A DNA stretch of 64,000 bases, from positions 558,001-622,000 of the forward strand of contig JBNJNM010000008.1 in NCBI GenBank assembly GCA_052426225.1, given 5' to 3'. Source of the DNA: Zancudomyces culisetae HAW-14-8 (taxonomy: Eukaryota > Fungi > Kickxellomycota). The translations under genes were made by a program, and so were the position numbers. This document shows, in pieces, positions 24,563 to 35,729 of this stretch (the stretch's first letter is position 1; each line of letters begins with the position of its first letter). The notes beneath the pieces were generated by a model. That model did not search any database. It was given only the letters and a program-made list of their open reading frames with translations, and was not told the DNA's origin.

Positions 24563-26766
24563 TTCTTATATATATATGTAATTTGATGTGTGCTAAAACT
24601 CTACTATCTATGTGTGGATAAAGAGACAAATCCCGTGGAAAACCTACAATTTAACACTCCTTTGTTTGTGGATGAAAAAACCGTCTTTATATACATTTTG
24701 TGTGCATACACGTGGAATCAGGATTTCATACACTCTTATACAAGAAGTGTGTATTTATTAATATGGACATTTAGACAAATAGAAAAAGAGATATGACAGG
24801 AATAAGGAGTAACGATGGCCTCTTATTGAACTAGACGACATTGGGTGATAAAAGAAATTTGTTTAATTTGAGTAAATATAAAATTCTTTATCGATTTGAA
24901 AAGTTATTCCTATCGATTTGACCTGTTAAGGTCCAAAACTGAAATGGATGCTTTTCTGGTACTTATTAAATCACGCTAGTGTAGCGGCAGTTTTCTTATT
25001 TAGTGACTTTGGGATCCTTTTTCCTTTCTGGAAATATAGCAAATGTGTACATTATGTTTTTTTTAGTTTAAGCGAGCCTATAAATGCAGTTCAGATTACC
25101 ATTGGTTGCAAATTTAACATTGAAAACTTTTTATAACTGCCTAGTTTGATGCAAATCAATATTGCGGAAAGTGGCGCGAAAGGGTTTGGGGAGAGCAAAA
25201 AAAAACACCTTACTTGTACAAATAGAGACGCTGTTTGCTGAGAAATCATTGTTGAGGGAAACATCAGGTTACATTTTCCTTTGAAAACACATCAAAATTG
25301 GATGTTGATTTTGTGTTATGTTTATGTATGATTAGCAAATTATTGGTAAAATAGCCCCCAATATTTGGCAAATATTCTATTATCCAGCAATCAAAGAGTT
25401 TTGTAAAAATTAGCCGATAATTAGCTTAAAATATACCGAATGTTTTTTTTTTTGAGCTTTATTGTTTGTGTTGTTCGATAGTATATCATTTGGGTTGATA
25501 TAGAGCGTACCAACCATACCCAGATAAAAAAAGAGAGACCGGAGTCAAAATAGGCACCGGAACTTAAGAAAGTGTTGAATCGGTATTCGGAAAAAGGTAC
25601 TGGTTTAATATTGGAATACGAGCACCACAATCCACTCTTTTTTCATCATTCGACCATTCAGCAATATTTTCTGCTTCCATTTTGTTTACATAACCTAAAA
25701 AATAGGATTTAGTCTTTGTTAAAGGTTCTACATATCGTACCAGATATTTTACTAGCTAGAGTGAGAGCGGCGTTTGGTAAAATGCAGCAGCCGTGCTTGG
25801 AGTCTTTTCTTATTCGTTGCAGTATTTATTCATTCATAGCTGCTCATATTAACCACAGTTGATATACTAGAGACCGTACATTAGAAAGCATTTCACTTGA
25901 ATCAACAAGTACAAGCAAATTCAGAATTTATCAAATAATTAAACTTATTGATAAAGTGGGTGTTTTTACAAACACACAATCCTGTGTACCTTGGTATGAT
26001 TATCTAAATGTATTATGTGTGTTTCTCTTACATAACATTGACAGGAAATCTAAGATGACTATTTTATCCTTCCCCTCCCCCCAACATCTTGATAAGAATA
26101 CTGGTTCGCTCATAAATAAAGTACTTTGTGAATTTGGTTTGCAAAATACGATATATAACTGAGGTTCATACATAGCAATCGATAGCCACGGCGTTGAAGC
26201 ATAATGCCCATCATCACAAGTAAAATCATGGATAAATAAAAATTGTTGAACAAAAATGTACAAATATTGTGAATTTTTATTACTTGACTCATTAGAAGAA
26301 CCAAAGGCCGTAAATGCAGCAATATGTTATAAGTAGGCGCCATATTACTTTAAAACAATGCAAGATGCATTATGCTCCAAACTCTAGTGTTGTAATTTAT
26401 GATCTGGTTTCTTTAGTGTAGCCTGAATACCTCCAATGTTTGAGCTTTGGTAGAATAGCTAGGCTCAGTTCGTCACCAATACTTGACAACTCTGGATAAC
26501 CTTGAGGCACATGATCAACATTTTTTTTTACCTTATAGAGCCAGAGTTTAGTATGCTCTAGCAAGTTGGCCGTAATATTTGCGAGTGTGTGTTTTTTTAA
26601 CAAATCATAATTTTTTTTTGGCAAATAGTTTTTGCAGGTTCATTATTATCACTATTATAACTTTTTTATTTGATTTTTTTTTCTGGAGAAGAAGTAAAAT
26701 ACTTGAAAAAAATCTTCAAAGTACCAGTACCCAACAGATAAAATATCACCACTGAGGATTAATGCG

Positions 26767-27681
26767 ATGCAGTTGAAAAAGATCTTTTCATTTGGGCTCA
26801 AATTGCGTTCACAAGGGCCCAATCTTATAAGAAGTCATACTCTTAGAACAATCCCAAATCTGCCAAGGGAGAAAAATGATCAATTTTACAGACAACAAGC
26901 GCGTGAATATCAATCGAAAACCGGATCTTCAGAGTTGACTACAGAGAAAAATGATAATGAAGCAGCAACGATAAAGCCGAAAAAAAACAAATTAGGTCGA
27001 CCCTCCAAAACGAGTGATGAGCCAGAGAAACAAATTGGGTCAGAATCAAATAGCTTTCTCTTTTTGAGAGCCTCTCTCGATCTCCCGACCAAAAAAGGTG
27101 ACATTACGATTGATAGAAAAATGATAAAAAAAATTCAGGGAACTACGCCCATACTACATGACATACCCAAATTTTATATGAGGCCACAGAATATATTTTT
27201 CATGGAGAATGCGAAAAAAATCAAGGGGGAAAAAGTATGCTTGAGTAGTTTAATTGAGGGATACAAAGCTTTGAGTGAGGAAGAAAAAAACGTATACAAG
27301 GAGAAGGCGCAAAAATTAAGGGAGGAAAGATATCAAGAGTATATTGAATGGTGGAAAAATACAGATAAAACGATGATATCTTTTGAAAACAAAAGACGAA
27401 AGATAATGCGAATAAAAAAGACCAACAGACCTGGGTATAGTCTGCGCTTGAAAAACCCTCTAGTACCAAAAAGGGTCCCTAACCCTTACGCAATGTATTT
27501 ACAAGAAAGGCTGAAGTTGAGGCCTGTTTTAAATTCTCGCGAAGAGTACTTACAATCGATCAGTATTATTTCAAAGGATTGGAGAGAATTACCTGATGCC
27601 GAAAAGCAAAAATATATAGATATCTATCGAGAAAAGTCAGAGGAGAGAGCCAAACTACTTGAAAAAAAAGTATCTGGGTAG
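26767..27681 (+). CDS. Two-HMG-box protein, probably mitochondrial (Abf2/TFAM-like)
   Basis: Basic presequence-like N-terminus. Box 1 is degenerate ('YKALSEEEKNVYKEKA'); box 2 reads 'PKRVPNPYAMYL...WRELPDAEKQKY'. Confidence 0.75.
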   Translation: MQLKKIFSFGLKLRSQGPNLIRSHTLRTIPNLPREKNDQFYRQQAREYQSKTGSSELTTEKNDNEAATIKPKKNKLGRPSKTSDEPEKQIGSESNSFLFLRASLDLPTKKGDITIDRKMIKKIQGTTPILHDIPKFYMRPQNIFFMENAKKIKGEKVCLSSLIEGYKALSEEEKNVYKEKAQKLREERYQEYIEWWKNTDKTMISFENKRRKIMRIKKTNRPGYSLRLKNPLVPKRVPNPYAMYLQERLKLRPVLNSREEYLQSISIISKDWRELPDAEKQKYIDIYREKSEERAKLLEKKVSG

Positions 27682-28390
27682 TAAGTTGTGATTGTAAATG
27701 TTTTTGTGCAATCTTATCCTTGATTCTTGGCAAATTTGGACAGTAAATATGCTATTTTTCCAACAATGATTTTATTTATCCCTAAGAATGTGTAGGTGTT
27801 ATTTTCGGGTATACCCGGATGCCTTAACTCGGCAAGTTTTATTTAATATATTTGTAGATGAATGCGCCAAACAAAAAATAAAGTTGTTGTATTCTTATCA
27901 TTATTGACATGTTTAATTTTTTTTATCGCGCGAAAGTGTTAACCCCTATATATCATAATATAAACTCAAGTGTGTGCTGAATCCCATGTTTGTTGCTTGA
28001 ACCTTTATATTATATATATGAAAAAAAGTAAAATGAAAGAAATAAAAGATCTGTTCACAAATGTGTCAGTTTAAAGAATAACCACATTGTTTTTGTTGTG
28101 GAGATCGAAAATGCGGATGAAGTAGTTGGTTCAGATTAGGGTTAAAATTGGAGAGTTGTTGATTAATGTTTGTGTCGGTGCTGCTGGTTGGTTGAGACTG
28201 GAAAAAAGAAACCAAGAAAGCAAAGTAAACAAATTCCCAGATTTTTCATCCACCTCCTTAGCATGGAAATAAAATGATGCAAAACGAATAATAGGATTTG
28301 GAATATCCATTCACACTCCGTACACACACACACACACTTAAATACACATATATTGAACTAAACCACGCAGAGAGGGATGAGGAGGATAAA

Positions 28391-31300
28391 ATGAACGGGA
28401 TGAAAAAAATGTACAGGATAGTATTGTGGACTGTAGCCATCTATTTAGGGGCGAGAATACTACCACGGCTGCTGGGAGTACCACCGTGGGCCCCGCAGTT
28501 TGGCCAACTATCAGCACCAAGTGCAAGAGATGTAAAACGAACGTGGAGCACTCCAGACAAATTGGTTTTACATATAGTTCCACACTCACATTGTGATTTG
28601 GGATGGAATCTAAGTATAGACGAATATTACGCCCAGACGGTCAAATACATACTGCGGAGCGTGGTTACAGCGCTGTATAAAGAAAAAAGTCGAAAATTTA
28701 TGTGGGGAGATACGGCGTACTTAGAGCTATGGCTTGAAGATGAGGGACACAAAATAAGCGAAGTTGATGCATTGGAGACGGACGGGAAAAAAGTAACATG
28801 GAGGGAAATGCTGGATGAAATAATCAAGCGGAAGCAATTTGAGCTTACAGGATTCTCATACTCTAGCATGGACGAATTTCTGACTAGTTTATATGGGCAG
28901 TATCAGGATTTTGACGTGGGGAGAGAATACCTGGCCAAGGAATTTAAATCCAAGGCTAAAGTAGCATGGTACGTCGATAACTTTGGACACAAACATACAA
29001 CACCATATGTGTTAAAGACAAACGGATTTCAGAGTATGGTTCTCGGACGAATGTCATATAGACAGCTACAAAAAATGAAGGCAAATAGCGGATTACAATT
29101 CATGTGGGATAGTGGGATCAATAACACTGAAATATATACGCATTTCCTATCCAACCAATACGAATGGCCAAGCTGGAAGTTTGATTTTGATCGACACGAC
29201 AGCTGTAACATTGGAGAACTTCTTGGGATTCTAGCTCGTTTTGCGAACAAGCAAGTCGGGATATATCCTCATAAAAAGCAAATATTGATAATAATGGGGG
29301 ATGATTTTCGATTTGTCAAGGCAGAAAAAGCGTTTAACTGCCTGGATACACTGGTACGTGCAGCGGGCAGTGGAAAGTATAGAAACTGGGGGCAAGGAAA
29401 GAAACAGCTTGAGCTGAGATATTCAACAATAAGCGAATATATGCAATCATTACAAGAAGACAAATCCGTTCAGTTGGGAAGTGTAAAGGGTGATTTTGGT
29501 CCCTACAATGATAGGAGACCCGAGAACTATTGGACAGGGATATATTCGACCAGACCAGCACTAAAATATTCCATCAGATATACAGAAAGACTTGTGAAAC
29601 AGGCTGAATCGGTATTTGCGTTGGCAAAGCTTTTTGCAAGAAAAAGTGTTTCCAATAGTGGCGAAAATCTTGACGGTATAGCTCTAAATAGTACAGTAAT
29701 AACTCTGCTGGAAGGTAAATTAACAGATAGTCAAAAACAATTGTCGCTTGGATATCATCATGACTCAATAACAGGAGTGTGTACAGCCCAGACGTATAAG
29801 AATTACATGAGTCGTCTGCAGGAAGCAAATAAAAAATCTAGAGAAATAATCAGTACATGTATGAGAGCAGTATTAAACTCTAAAGAGGCAGCTAAGGGAG
29901 GTGGTGATATAGAGTACGTGGGTCCATCTATTGGAACGGTTTATGGTGCCGAATCAGTTGAAGATGAAGTGGAAACGCAGATAGAACAGCATGGATCCGC
30001 TTATATAGATAGCACACGATGTAACAATGTAAAATGCAAAGATGTGTTATTGGCTGTTGTAAACTCGGCATCGCTCTATCCGCAAAACCGACTGGTGACT
30101 TTAGTACTGTTTACCAAAGACATTGAGATAAAGGATGTTAAAAAAGATTCTGTTGTAGCTCTGCAAATTGAAACTATAGATGAAGTAAATAACAAGTATA
30201 GGATAAGTTTTATAGCAGAATCGATTCCGCAATTGAGCTACAAGACATATTTGCTGTACAAAAAGACACCGGAACTGGAACCGAAGGCGAGTGATGGTAC
30301 CGATACCAGTATCAATAAAGTCAACACATTTGTGGAACACGTCAAGTTGACTAAACACAATACTGTGAGTCTTGATGCCAAACTCAGCAACAAAGAAGTG
30401 AAGAATAAAGACAATATGGGTTTAAAAATAGAATATGCGAAAGGAGTGATAAAGATAATAACACCCGAAAAGAAGGAGTATTTTATTGAAATGCGGCACT
30501 ACTTTGTTAGTAAGTTTAGAGGTTCAGGAGCCTATTTGTTTCATTCATTGTTTCAAATGTACTTTTTGTTGTTTTTTTACATTTTTGTCGGGATTGGGGG
30601 CGGGCTGGCTCTGTGTTTATACATGACTAGCACTAGAAAGAAAAGGAAGTTTAGTCAAACACTACTGGCAAATCCAAATATCTATGATAAAGATCTGCCC
30701 GTGGTAGATGGTAGTGAAAAGGACATGGAGGCAAGATCGAAACAGAAGGAAAAACCAAGTATTTCCATAAATATGGAGGGCGAAAATAGTCGGTATTTGG
30801 AAAAGGCGCTGATAGAGCTATACGAGCGTCTGGCTAGTGTGACTATAGGTGCAATGTTAGGAGGTGTGCTTACGCTTATGGTTCTACAAGCGATACCCGA
30901 AAGTATAATTGCTCGATGGACAAACAATGAGATGGTATTACCGCTTTTACTGGTAATGGTGATCATGGGATACGTTCTTGGTCACTTTTTTGCTTATAGG
31001 GCAAGAAGCTTGAAAATTACAATCAAAAACTCGCTCAATAGCATAATAATAACATACATTATGTTGGGTGTTGCGTTGGGGATGTATTACATACTGCTTA
31101 ATTACCCAACCCTGCACAGCCGTCGAGATTACCCCATTTCCCCAATTGTCAAGGTAGTAACGGGGCCATTAATGTCCTCGATAAGTCTGTACTACGAGTC
31201 TGCAAAGGTGAAAATCATCCAATCGAAGCATTTAGATGGAGATATTAGAATTCTCACTACAATAATCGGGAAGCGGAAAAATATAGAAAGTCTATTGTGG

Positions 31301-32143
31301 ATATATTCAAATGACAAAAGCCAAAACAAGTACTATCAGCTTGATGGGTATAACAACGTAACTTACAATTATTTTACCTGTATTCCAGGAAATTATCAAC
31401 CGATAGTAGATTCAATTTCAAACCTGCCATCAGAAACAGCATCATTGAAGCATGGCGGTGTACAAATTAAGGTTACGCAGCCAATTGGCGGAACATTACT
31501 CAAGAATAAGTACTTTGAGTTTTTGCTATTTAGGAGGTTTAAGCAGGATGACTATAGGGGACTCTGGGGGATTCTAGCTGATAAATCCAAGGTGTCGATA
31601 TCACACTATATCAAAAACCAGAATAGCAACTTTGACCCGAATATTCCCGTTCATGTTATTCCCTTCGAATACAGAAACACTGCCGATAACAAAGTAAGTG
31701 GAGTTTCCAACAAAGCTCTGGAAAATGACACTCTACTTGATCTTTCTTCAGCTCTGGATCCCACAATAAGTTCAACCATCATGGGCGAAGGTAGTATTCC
31801 CACAGGAATCGATATTATTGGGATCAGGTTGCTCCGGAATCCCTATACGTCCACCGTTTCAGCCGAATTTCCGCTTTCCTCTTCTCATTTATATGTGAGG
31901 TTTTCTACATTTGGGTTGAAGTCATATACAAAAATACGCCTGTACAGGCACAAAAGTGGACAAAAGCCTATTGGCGCTGTCTACTCGGTTACCAATGACT
32001 ATGGACTTTTCAATTCCAATCATGGCGGGAGCGACATTACGCGTAAAGAAGAAATATCTATTTCTCTCACTGATGGACAATATTACGAGCTGAATTTTGA
32101 GCCTAACACTGTTTCTCTTTACCATTTTGTACTAGAGGAATAA
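28391..32143 (+). CDS. GH38 alpha-mannosidase with N-terminal signal anchor and internal 4-TM insertion
   Basis: First ATG at 28391. Motifs HIVPHSHCDLGW, WYVDNFGH (nucleophile), MGDDF (acid/base), YWTGIYSTRP, HHDSITG, SGAYLF, PGNYQP and RRFKQDDYRGL. Confidence 0.9.
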   Translation: MNGMKKMYRIVLWTVAIYLGARILPRLLGVPPWAPQFGQLSAPSARDVKRTWSTPDKLVLHIVPHSHCDLGWNLSIDEYYAQTVKYILRSVVTALYKEKSRKFMWGDTAYLELWLEDEGHKISEVDALETDGKKVTWREMLDEIIKRKQFELTGFSYSSMDEFLTSLYGQYQDFDVGREYLAKEFKSKAKVAWYVDNFGHKHTTPYVLKTNGFQSMVLGRMSYRQLQKMKANSGLQFMWDSGINNTEIYTHFLSNQYEWPSWKFDFDRHDSCNIGELLGILARFANKQVGIYPHKKQILIIMGDDFRFVKAEKAFNCLDTLVRAAGSGKYRNWGQGKKQLELRYSTISEYMQSLQEDKSVQLGSVKGDFGPYNDRRPENYWTGIYSTRPALKYSIRYTERLVKQAESVFALAKLFARKSVSNSGENLDGIALNSTVITLLEGKLTDSQKQLSLGYHHDSITGVCTAQTYKNYMSRLQEANKKSREIISTCMRAVLNSKEAAKGGGDIEYVGPSIGTVYGAESVEDEVETQIEQHGSAYIDSTRCNNVKCKDVLLAVVNSASLYPQNRLVTLVLFTKDIEIKDVKKDSVVALQIETIDEVNNKYRISFIAESIPQLSYKTYLLYKKTPELEPKASDGTDTSINKVNTFVEHVKLTKHNTVSLDAKLSNKEVKNKDNMGLKIEYAKGVIKIITPEKKEYFIEMRHYFVSKFRGSGAYLFHSLFQMYFLLFFYIFVGIGGGLALCLYMTSTRKKRKFSQTLLANPNIYDKDLPVVDGSEKDMEARSKQKEKPSISINMEGENSRYLEKALIELYERLASVTIGAMLGGVLTLMVLQAIPESIIARWTNNEMVLPLLLVMVIMGYVLGHFFAYRARSLKITIKNSLNSIIITYIMLGVALGMYYILLNYPTLHSRRDYPISPIVKVVTGPLMSSISLYYESAKVKIIQSKHLDGDIRILTTIIGKRKNIESLLWIYSNDKSQNKYYQLDGYNNVTYNYFTCIPGNYQPIVDSISNLPSETASLKHGGVQIKVTQPIGGTLLKNKYFEFLLFRRFKQDDYRGLWGILADKSKVSISHYIKNQNSNFDPNIPVHVIPFEYRNTADNKVSGVSNKALENDTLLDLSSALDPTISSTIMGEGSIPTGIDIIGIRLLRNPYTSTVSAEFPLSSSHLYVRFSTFGLKSYTKIRLYRHKSGQKPIGAVYSVTNDYGLFNSNHGGSDITRKEEISISLTDGQYYELNFEPNTVSLYHFVLEE

Positions 32144-32779
32144 TTTTTTACATATTTGCCTTTTTATTTATTTTTTCTGTGTGTGTATGTATGTATGTAC
32201 TTGAGCATATATTAATTTGTGACAATTTACTTTTTATATCGACTAACGAGGTTCTGATTCAGCATTAGGTTTTTGTGTTATAAAAGCAACAAAAAGAGAC
32301 ATATCATGTTTTGGTTTAAATATTAATGAATCAGTTGTAAACCTTGTAACACTCGCTTTCTTGGCGTGTCTTTATTAGCCCGTTTTTATAAAACAAATGG
32401 CATTTATTAACACTATAGTAAAACCTAATGCTTAACCTAAATCTGTGCATAAAATTGGGTTCAAATTGAATAATAATGGGCTTGGAAAAATGTAAAGTAA
32501 AATCCTAATAACACTGGGAGAAAAGACTGCAAAACATACTTGCAAATCACCAAAGCTTAACAAAAAAGTAGAATAAAATAAATAAATAAATAGCTATAGG
32601 TCAATGTGAGCTAGAAAACAATGAAATTGAAACTGGGCATTTTTGAGATATTTCAACTTTATTCAAGCTTTCAAAAGCCCTTTTGTATTACTTCTAGATT
32701 TAGTGAAATTTGTATTTGAAACGTATAGCTGAAGAGCAATAAAATAAAGTAAAAAAAAAACGAGCCAAGGTTGATAACA

Positions 32780-34978
32780 ATGTTTGGGGATCAATATGAC
32801 GATATCATAGATCCATTTGCAGAGGATAGAACCTCTCCATGGGTCAGAAAAGTCGATGAAGCCACCCAAGCCAAAAGCAGAGATGAACAGATTGATTTTA
32901 TGGGCAACAGACTCCAACGTGATTTGCATATCTATGACGAGTATGAACACACACAGAATGAAGAACGCGCTGAAATAGAGAATATGAAGGACTCTTTTGA
33001 CGGCATCGAAACTGAATCTGGTAAACACATTTCTAAAACAAATGAAACAAATGAACTGGAGTCTGATTTTGAAACAGAAAGTGCTGGAGACGATATTAGT
33101 AAAGTAGATACTGAAAACTTGGAACAAACCCAGGGAAATGTGAAGCAAAACCAGAACGGAGAGGAACAAGGGCAAGAGAAAACAACAGCCAAGAAAAAGA
33201 AGAAGAAGGGAAAGGGAAAAGGAAAAGGAAAAGGAGACGAGAGCGAAAACGAGAACGAACAGGAGCAAAAATCAGTTTCTGCGAGTGAAAAGGCTGGTTC
33301 AAAACCTATAGAGACAGAAAAGAAGAAAAAGGTAATATCCGAGGTACATCGGGTACGGAGAGTAAGACAGGCAAAGGTGATATTTAGTGAAAACAAGAAC
33401 CAGGATACCACAGCCAACAGCATTGGTCAACAGCAATTAACGGAAGGTAGTAATGGTATTGAAGGAAACGATATGGATACCGCAAAGGGTGAAGAATTCG
33501 TCGACCCATTAAGCAACCCCACGAGGGCTGATGGCCACAATGCCGTTGATAATAAAGAGATAGTAGAAACCGAAAGCACTGGTTACTACATACCTAAAAC
33601 GCAGGTCAGTGCTCAAGAGTCTCTAGTTGTTGAAAATGGTCGGTTAGTGCCTGATGGCGAAGATGCAGTTATCAGGCTAGACAGGCGGGATATTAGTGGT
33701 GCAGAGGAGCAGCTGCAGGAAGACCAAATTAACTATTTGGAAATATGTAAGGATCTGAAGATAAGTGTTTCTGAACCAATCAAAGTTGGCGATACCCTCA
33801 GCGCACACACAGTTTACAAAGTAAGCACCATTCAAACGAACGACTCGGCCATGTCTGGAGCACAAGAAATCGTAGTACGAAGGAGGTATAGAGATTTTGA
33901 ATGGTTATACCAGCAACTGAGCCAAGAATGTAATGGGATCTTTATTCCGGCAATTCCAGAGAAGCAATCATTTGGGAGGTTCGAGACAGAGTTTATTTCC
34001 AAACGAAGAAAGGGACTGGAAAGGTTTCTTATTAGAATATCACAACATCCGGTTTTAAAAAGCCAAGAGTCGTTTGAAGTGTTTTTATACAGTGACAACT
34101 TTTACAATGAAGCTAAATCAATAGAAGAAAATAGAAAAAAAAAGAAGAGAGATAGTGAAAGTGTTAGTAGTAATCCAGTCCCGGAAACAGGAGGAGGGTT
34201 GGGATTTCTGAACTATCTGATAGGTAAAAATTCAATTATAGGAATTGGTGGTGGTGGTGGTGGAGGGAGTGCAAGTGGAATTGGAGGAGGTGGAAGCGAC
34301 AGTCTTGGGGTTGGAGCAGGAGATCTCAGCATAAGCAGGCTTTTGATTGATAAAAACGATGAGTTTAGTGATAAAATTAGTGAGCTTGAGGTTTTGGAAG
34401 CACAGCTTAAAACAATAACCAAAATAGTCACCAACATTGGAAGACACAAAGACGAACTATCACATTGCTACTCGGCGCTAGCAGAAAGCTACATTCAGCT
34501 GGCTGGTGCAGAAAGTGGTGGAGGAAGTACAAAGACGGTAGATTTGGCTGAGGCGTTGGTGGAACTAGGAACAATGCATAAGCGACTGGACGTGCTCCAG
34601 CAGCAACAAAACTCACTGATCCAAGATAACTTTGGTACAACAATCGATGAGTACCGTCGGTTTATAGCCAGCATAAAAGTACGCTTCGCAGAGCGAGTAA
34701 AACTGTATTCTAGGTACAAATCCAATTCTGATAGTTTAGCTGAGCTAAAAATGGGTAGCCGACAATCAGCCAGTATATCTGCACTGGAACTGACCACCGA
34801 ACAAAGCCTATCTGCATTTGAGCAATACAATGCAACACTCAGGCAGGAACTAGATAGGTTTGAATCCATCAAAGTAGCCGAGTTTCTTACTCTTACCGAA
34901 GACTTTCTTGCAAAAAGCGTAGACATCCAGGACGAGATAGTTGGGCTTTGGGATCAGTTTGTCAGCCGTCAGCTTTGA
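32780..34978 (+). CDS. VPS5: Sorting nexin Vps5/SNX1-2 (PX + BAR), retromer
   Basis: ATG at 32780. PX domain 'VSEPIKVGD...HTVYKV', 'VRRRYRDFEWL', 'IPAIPEKQ..GRF...FI..RR..LE.FL..I..HP.L', followed by a BAR-like helical C-terminus ending 'LWDQF'. Confidence 0.85.
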   Translation: MFGDQYDDIIDPFAEDRTSPWVRKVDEATQAKSRDEQIDFMGNRLQRDLHIYDEYEHTQNEERAEIENMKDSFDGIETESGKHISKTNETNELESDFETESAGDDISKVDTENLEQTQGNVKQNQNGEEQGQEKTTAKKKKKKGKGKGKGKGDESENENEQEQKSVSASEKAGSKPIETEKKKKVISEVHRVRRVRQAKVIFSENKNQDTTANSIGQQQLTEGSNGIEGNDMDTAKGEEFVDPLSNPTRADGHNAVDNKEIVETESTGYYIPKTQVSAQESLVVENGRLVPDGEDAVIRLDRRDISGAEEQLQEDQINYLEICKDLKISVSEPIKVGDTLSAHTVYKVSTIQTNDSAMSGAQEIVVRRRYRDFEWLYQQLSQECNGIFIPAIPEKQSFGRFETEFISKRRKGLERFLIRISQHPVLKSQESFEVFLYSDNFYNEAKSIEENRKKKKRDSESVSSNPVPETGGGLGFLNYLIGKNSIIGIGGGGGGGSASGIGGGGSDSLGVGAGDLSISRLLIDKNDEFSDKISELEVLEAQLKTITKIVTNIGRHKDELSHCYSALAESYIQLAGAESGGGSTKTVDLAEALVELGTMHKRLDVLQQQQNSLIQDNFGTTIDEYRRFIASIKVRFAERVKLYSRYKSNSDSLAELKMGSRQSASISALELTTEQSLSAFEQYNATLRQELDRFESIKVAEFLTLTEDFLAKSVDIQDEIVGLWDQFVSRQL

Positions 34979-35729
34979 ATGCCGACTTGATTATGAGCTC
35001 CTTTTCTCGCTTAATAACCTTATCGATTTGCCACAGTTCCCTTTTGTGGCTTTCAAAGGCCAGCTTTTTTTGATTTGTTAGCGGGACATCGTACTATTAT
35101 AATTTACATTACATTACATATACCTTTTTTTTAAATATATTGACTGATATTTATGATTACTCTTGTTCTATTATACCTTTTCGGATTGTTTGCAAACATT
35201 TGAAAGGGAGTTTAGTGCTGCTCTTGCCAATTTTAACATGTCAGTATCAGATTTATCACTCCCTCTTCTTTCCAATGCTCTAGTCTCGGTATCGACATTA
35301 ATTACCGTTTTTTCACCCAATTCTACTCTGTTTATCTGCACGTCTATTTAGTTATTTACCATCGAATTATGGTCACATAAAAAAAAAAGAGATTGGTCGA
35401 AGAATGTGTATTTTTTGAAAAATAAAGGTATGGTTTAACTAACCTTTGAATTGAAGCAAATTAGCTTCGTATATGCCTATCTGAGCTCTGGTGTGTGCCA
35501 AAACTTTTTTGTTGTCGAAAAACACTGATTCGTTCTTGAGACCAGTCATCAAGACATCTTTGCATTTTTCTAGTGGTTATTGATGGGTTATTTCGAATTC
35601 TTGTTATTCGCCTGTATATTTATAACAAATGTAAAAGGAAAGGAAAGGAAAGGAAAGAACCTAAGAGTAGTGTAAAAATGTACCTAGTACTGGTGGAGCA
35701 GCTATTGAACCCTTTCCAGATGTACTCAT
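34962..35729 (-). CDS. Unannotated 4-exon hypothetical helical protein (156 aa)
   Basis: Exons 35729-35684, 35569-35444, 35343-35177 and 35093-34962 have GT/TAG boundaries with matching phases (1,1,0). The joined frame is open: MSTSGKGSIAAPPVLEKCKDVLM...ELIIKSAFKADG*. The 5' end is uncertain. Confidence 0.65.

Noticed and set aside
26767-27681. HMG-box gene as a possible Mucorales-type sex locus (sexP/sexM)
   Set aside because: It has two boxes and a mitochondrial-type presequence, with no flanking tptA/rnhA genes.
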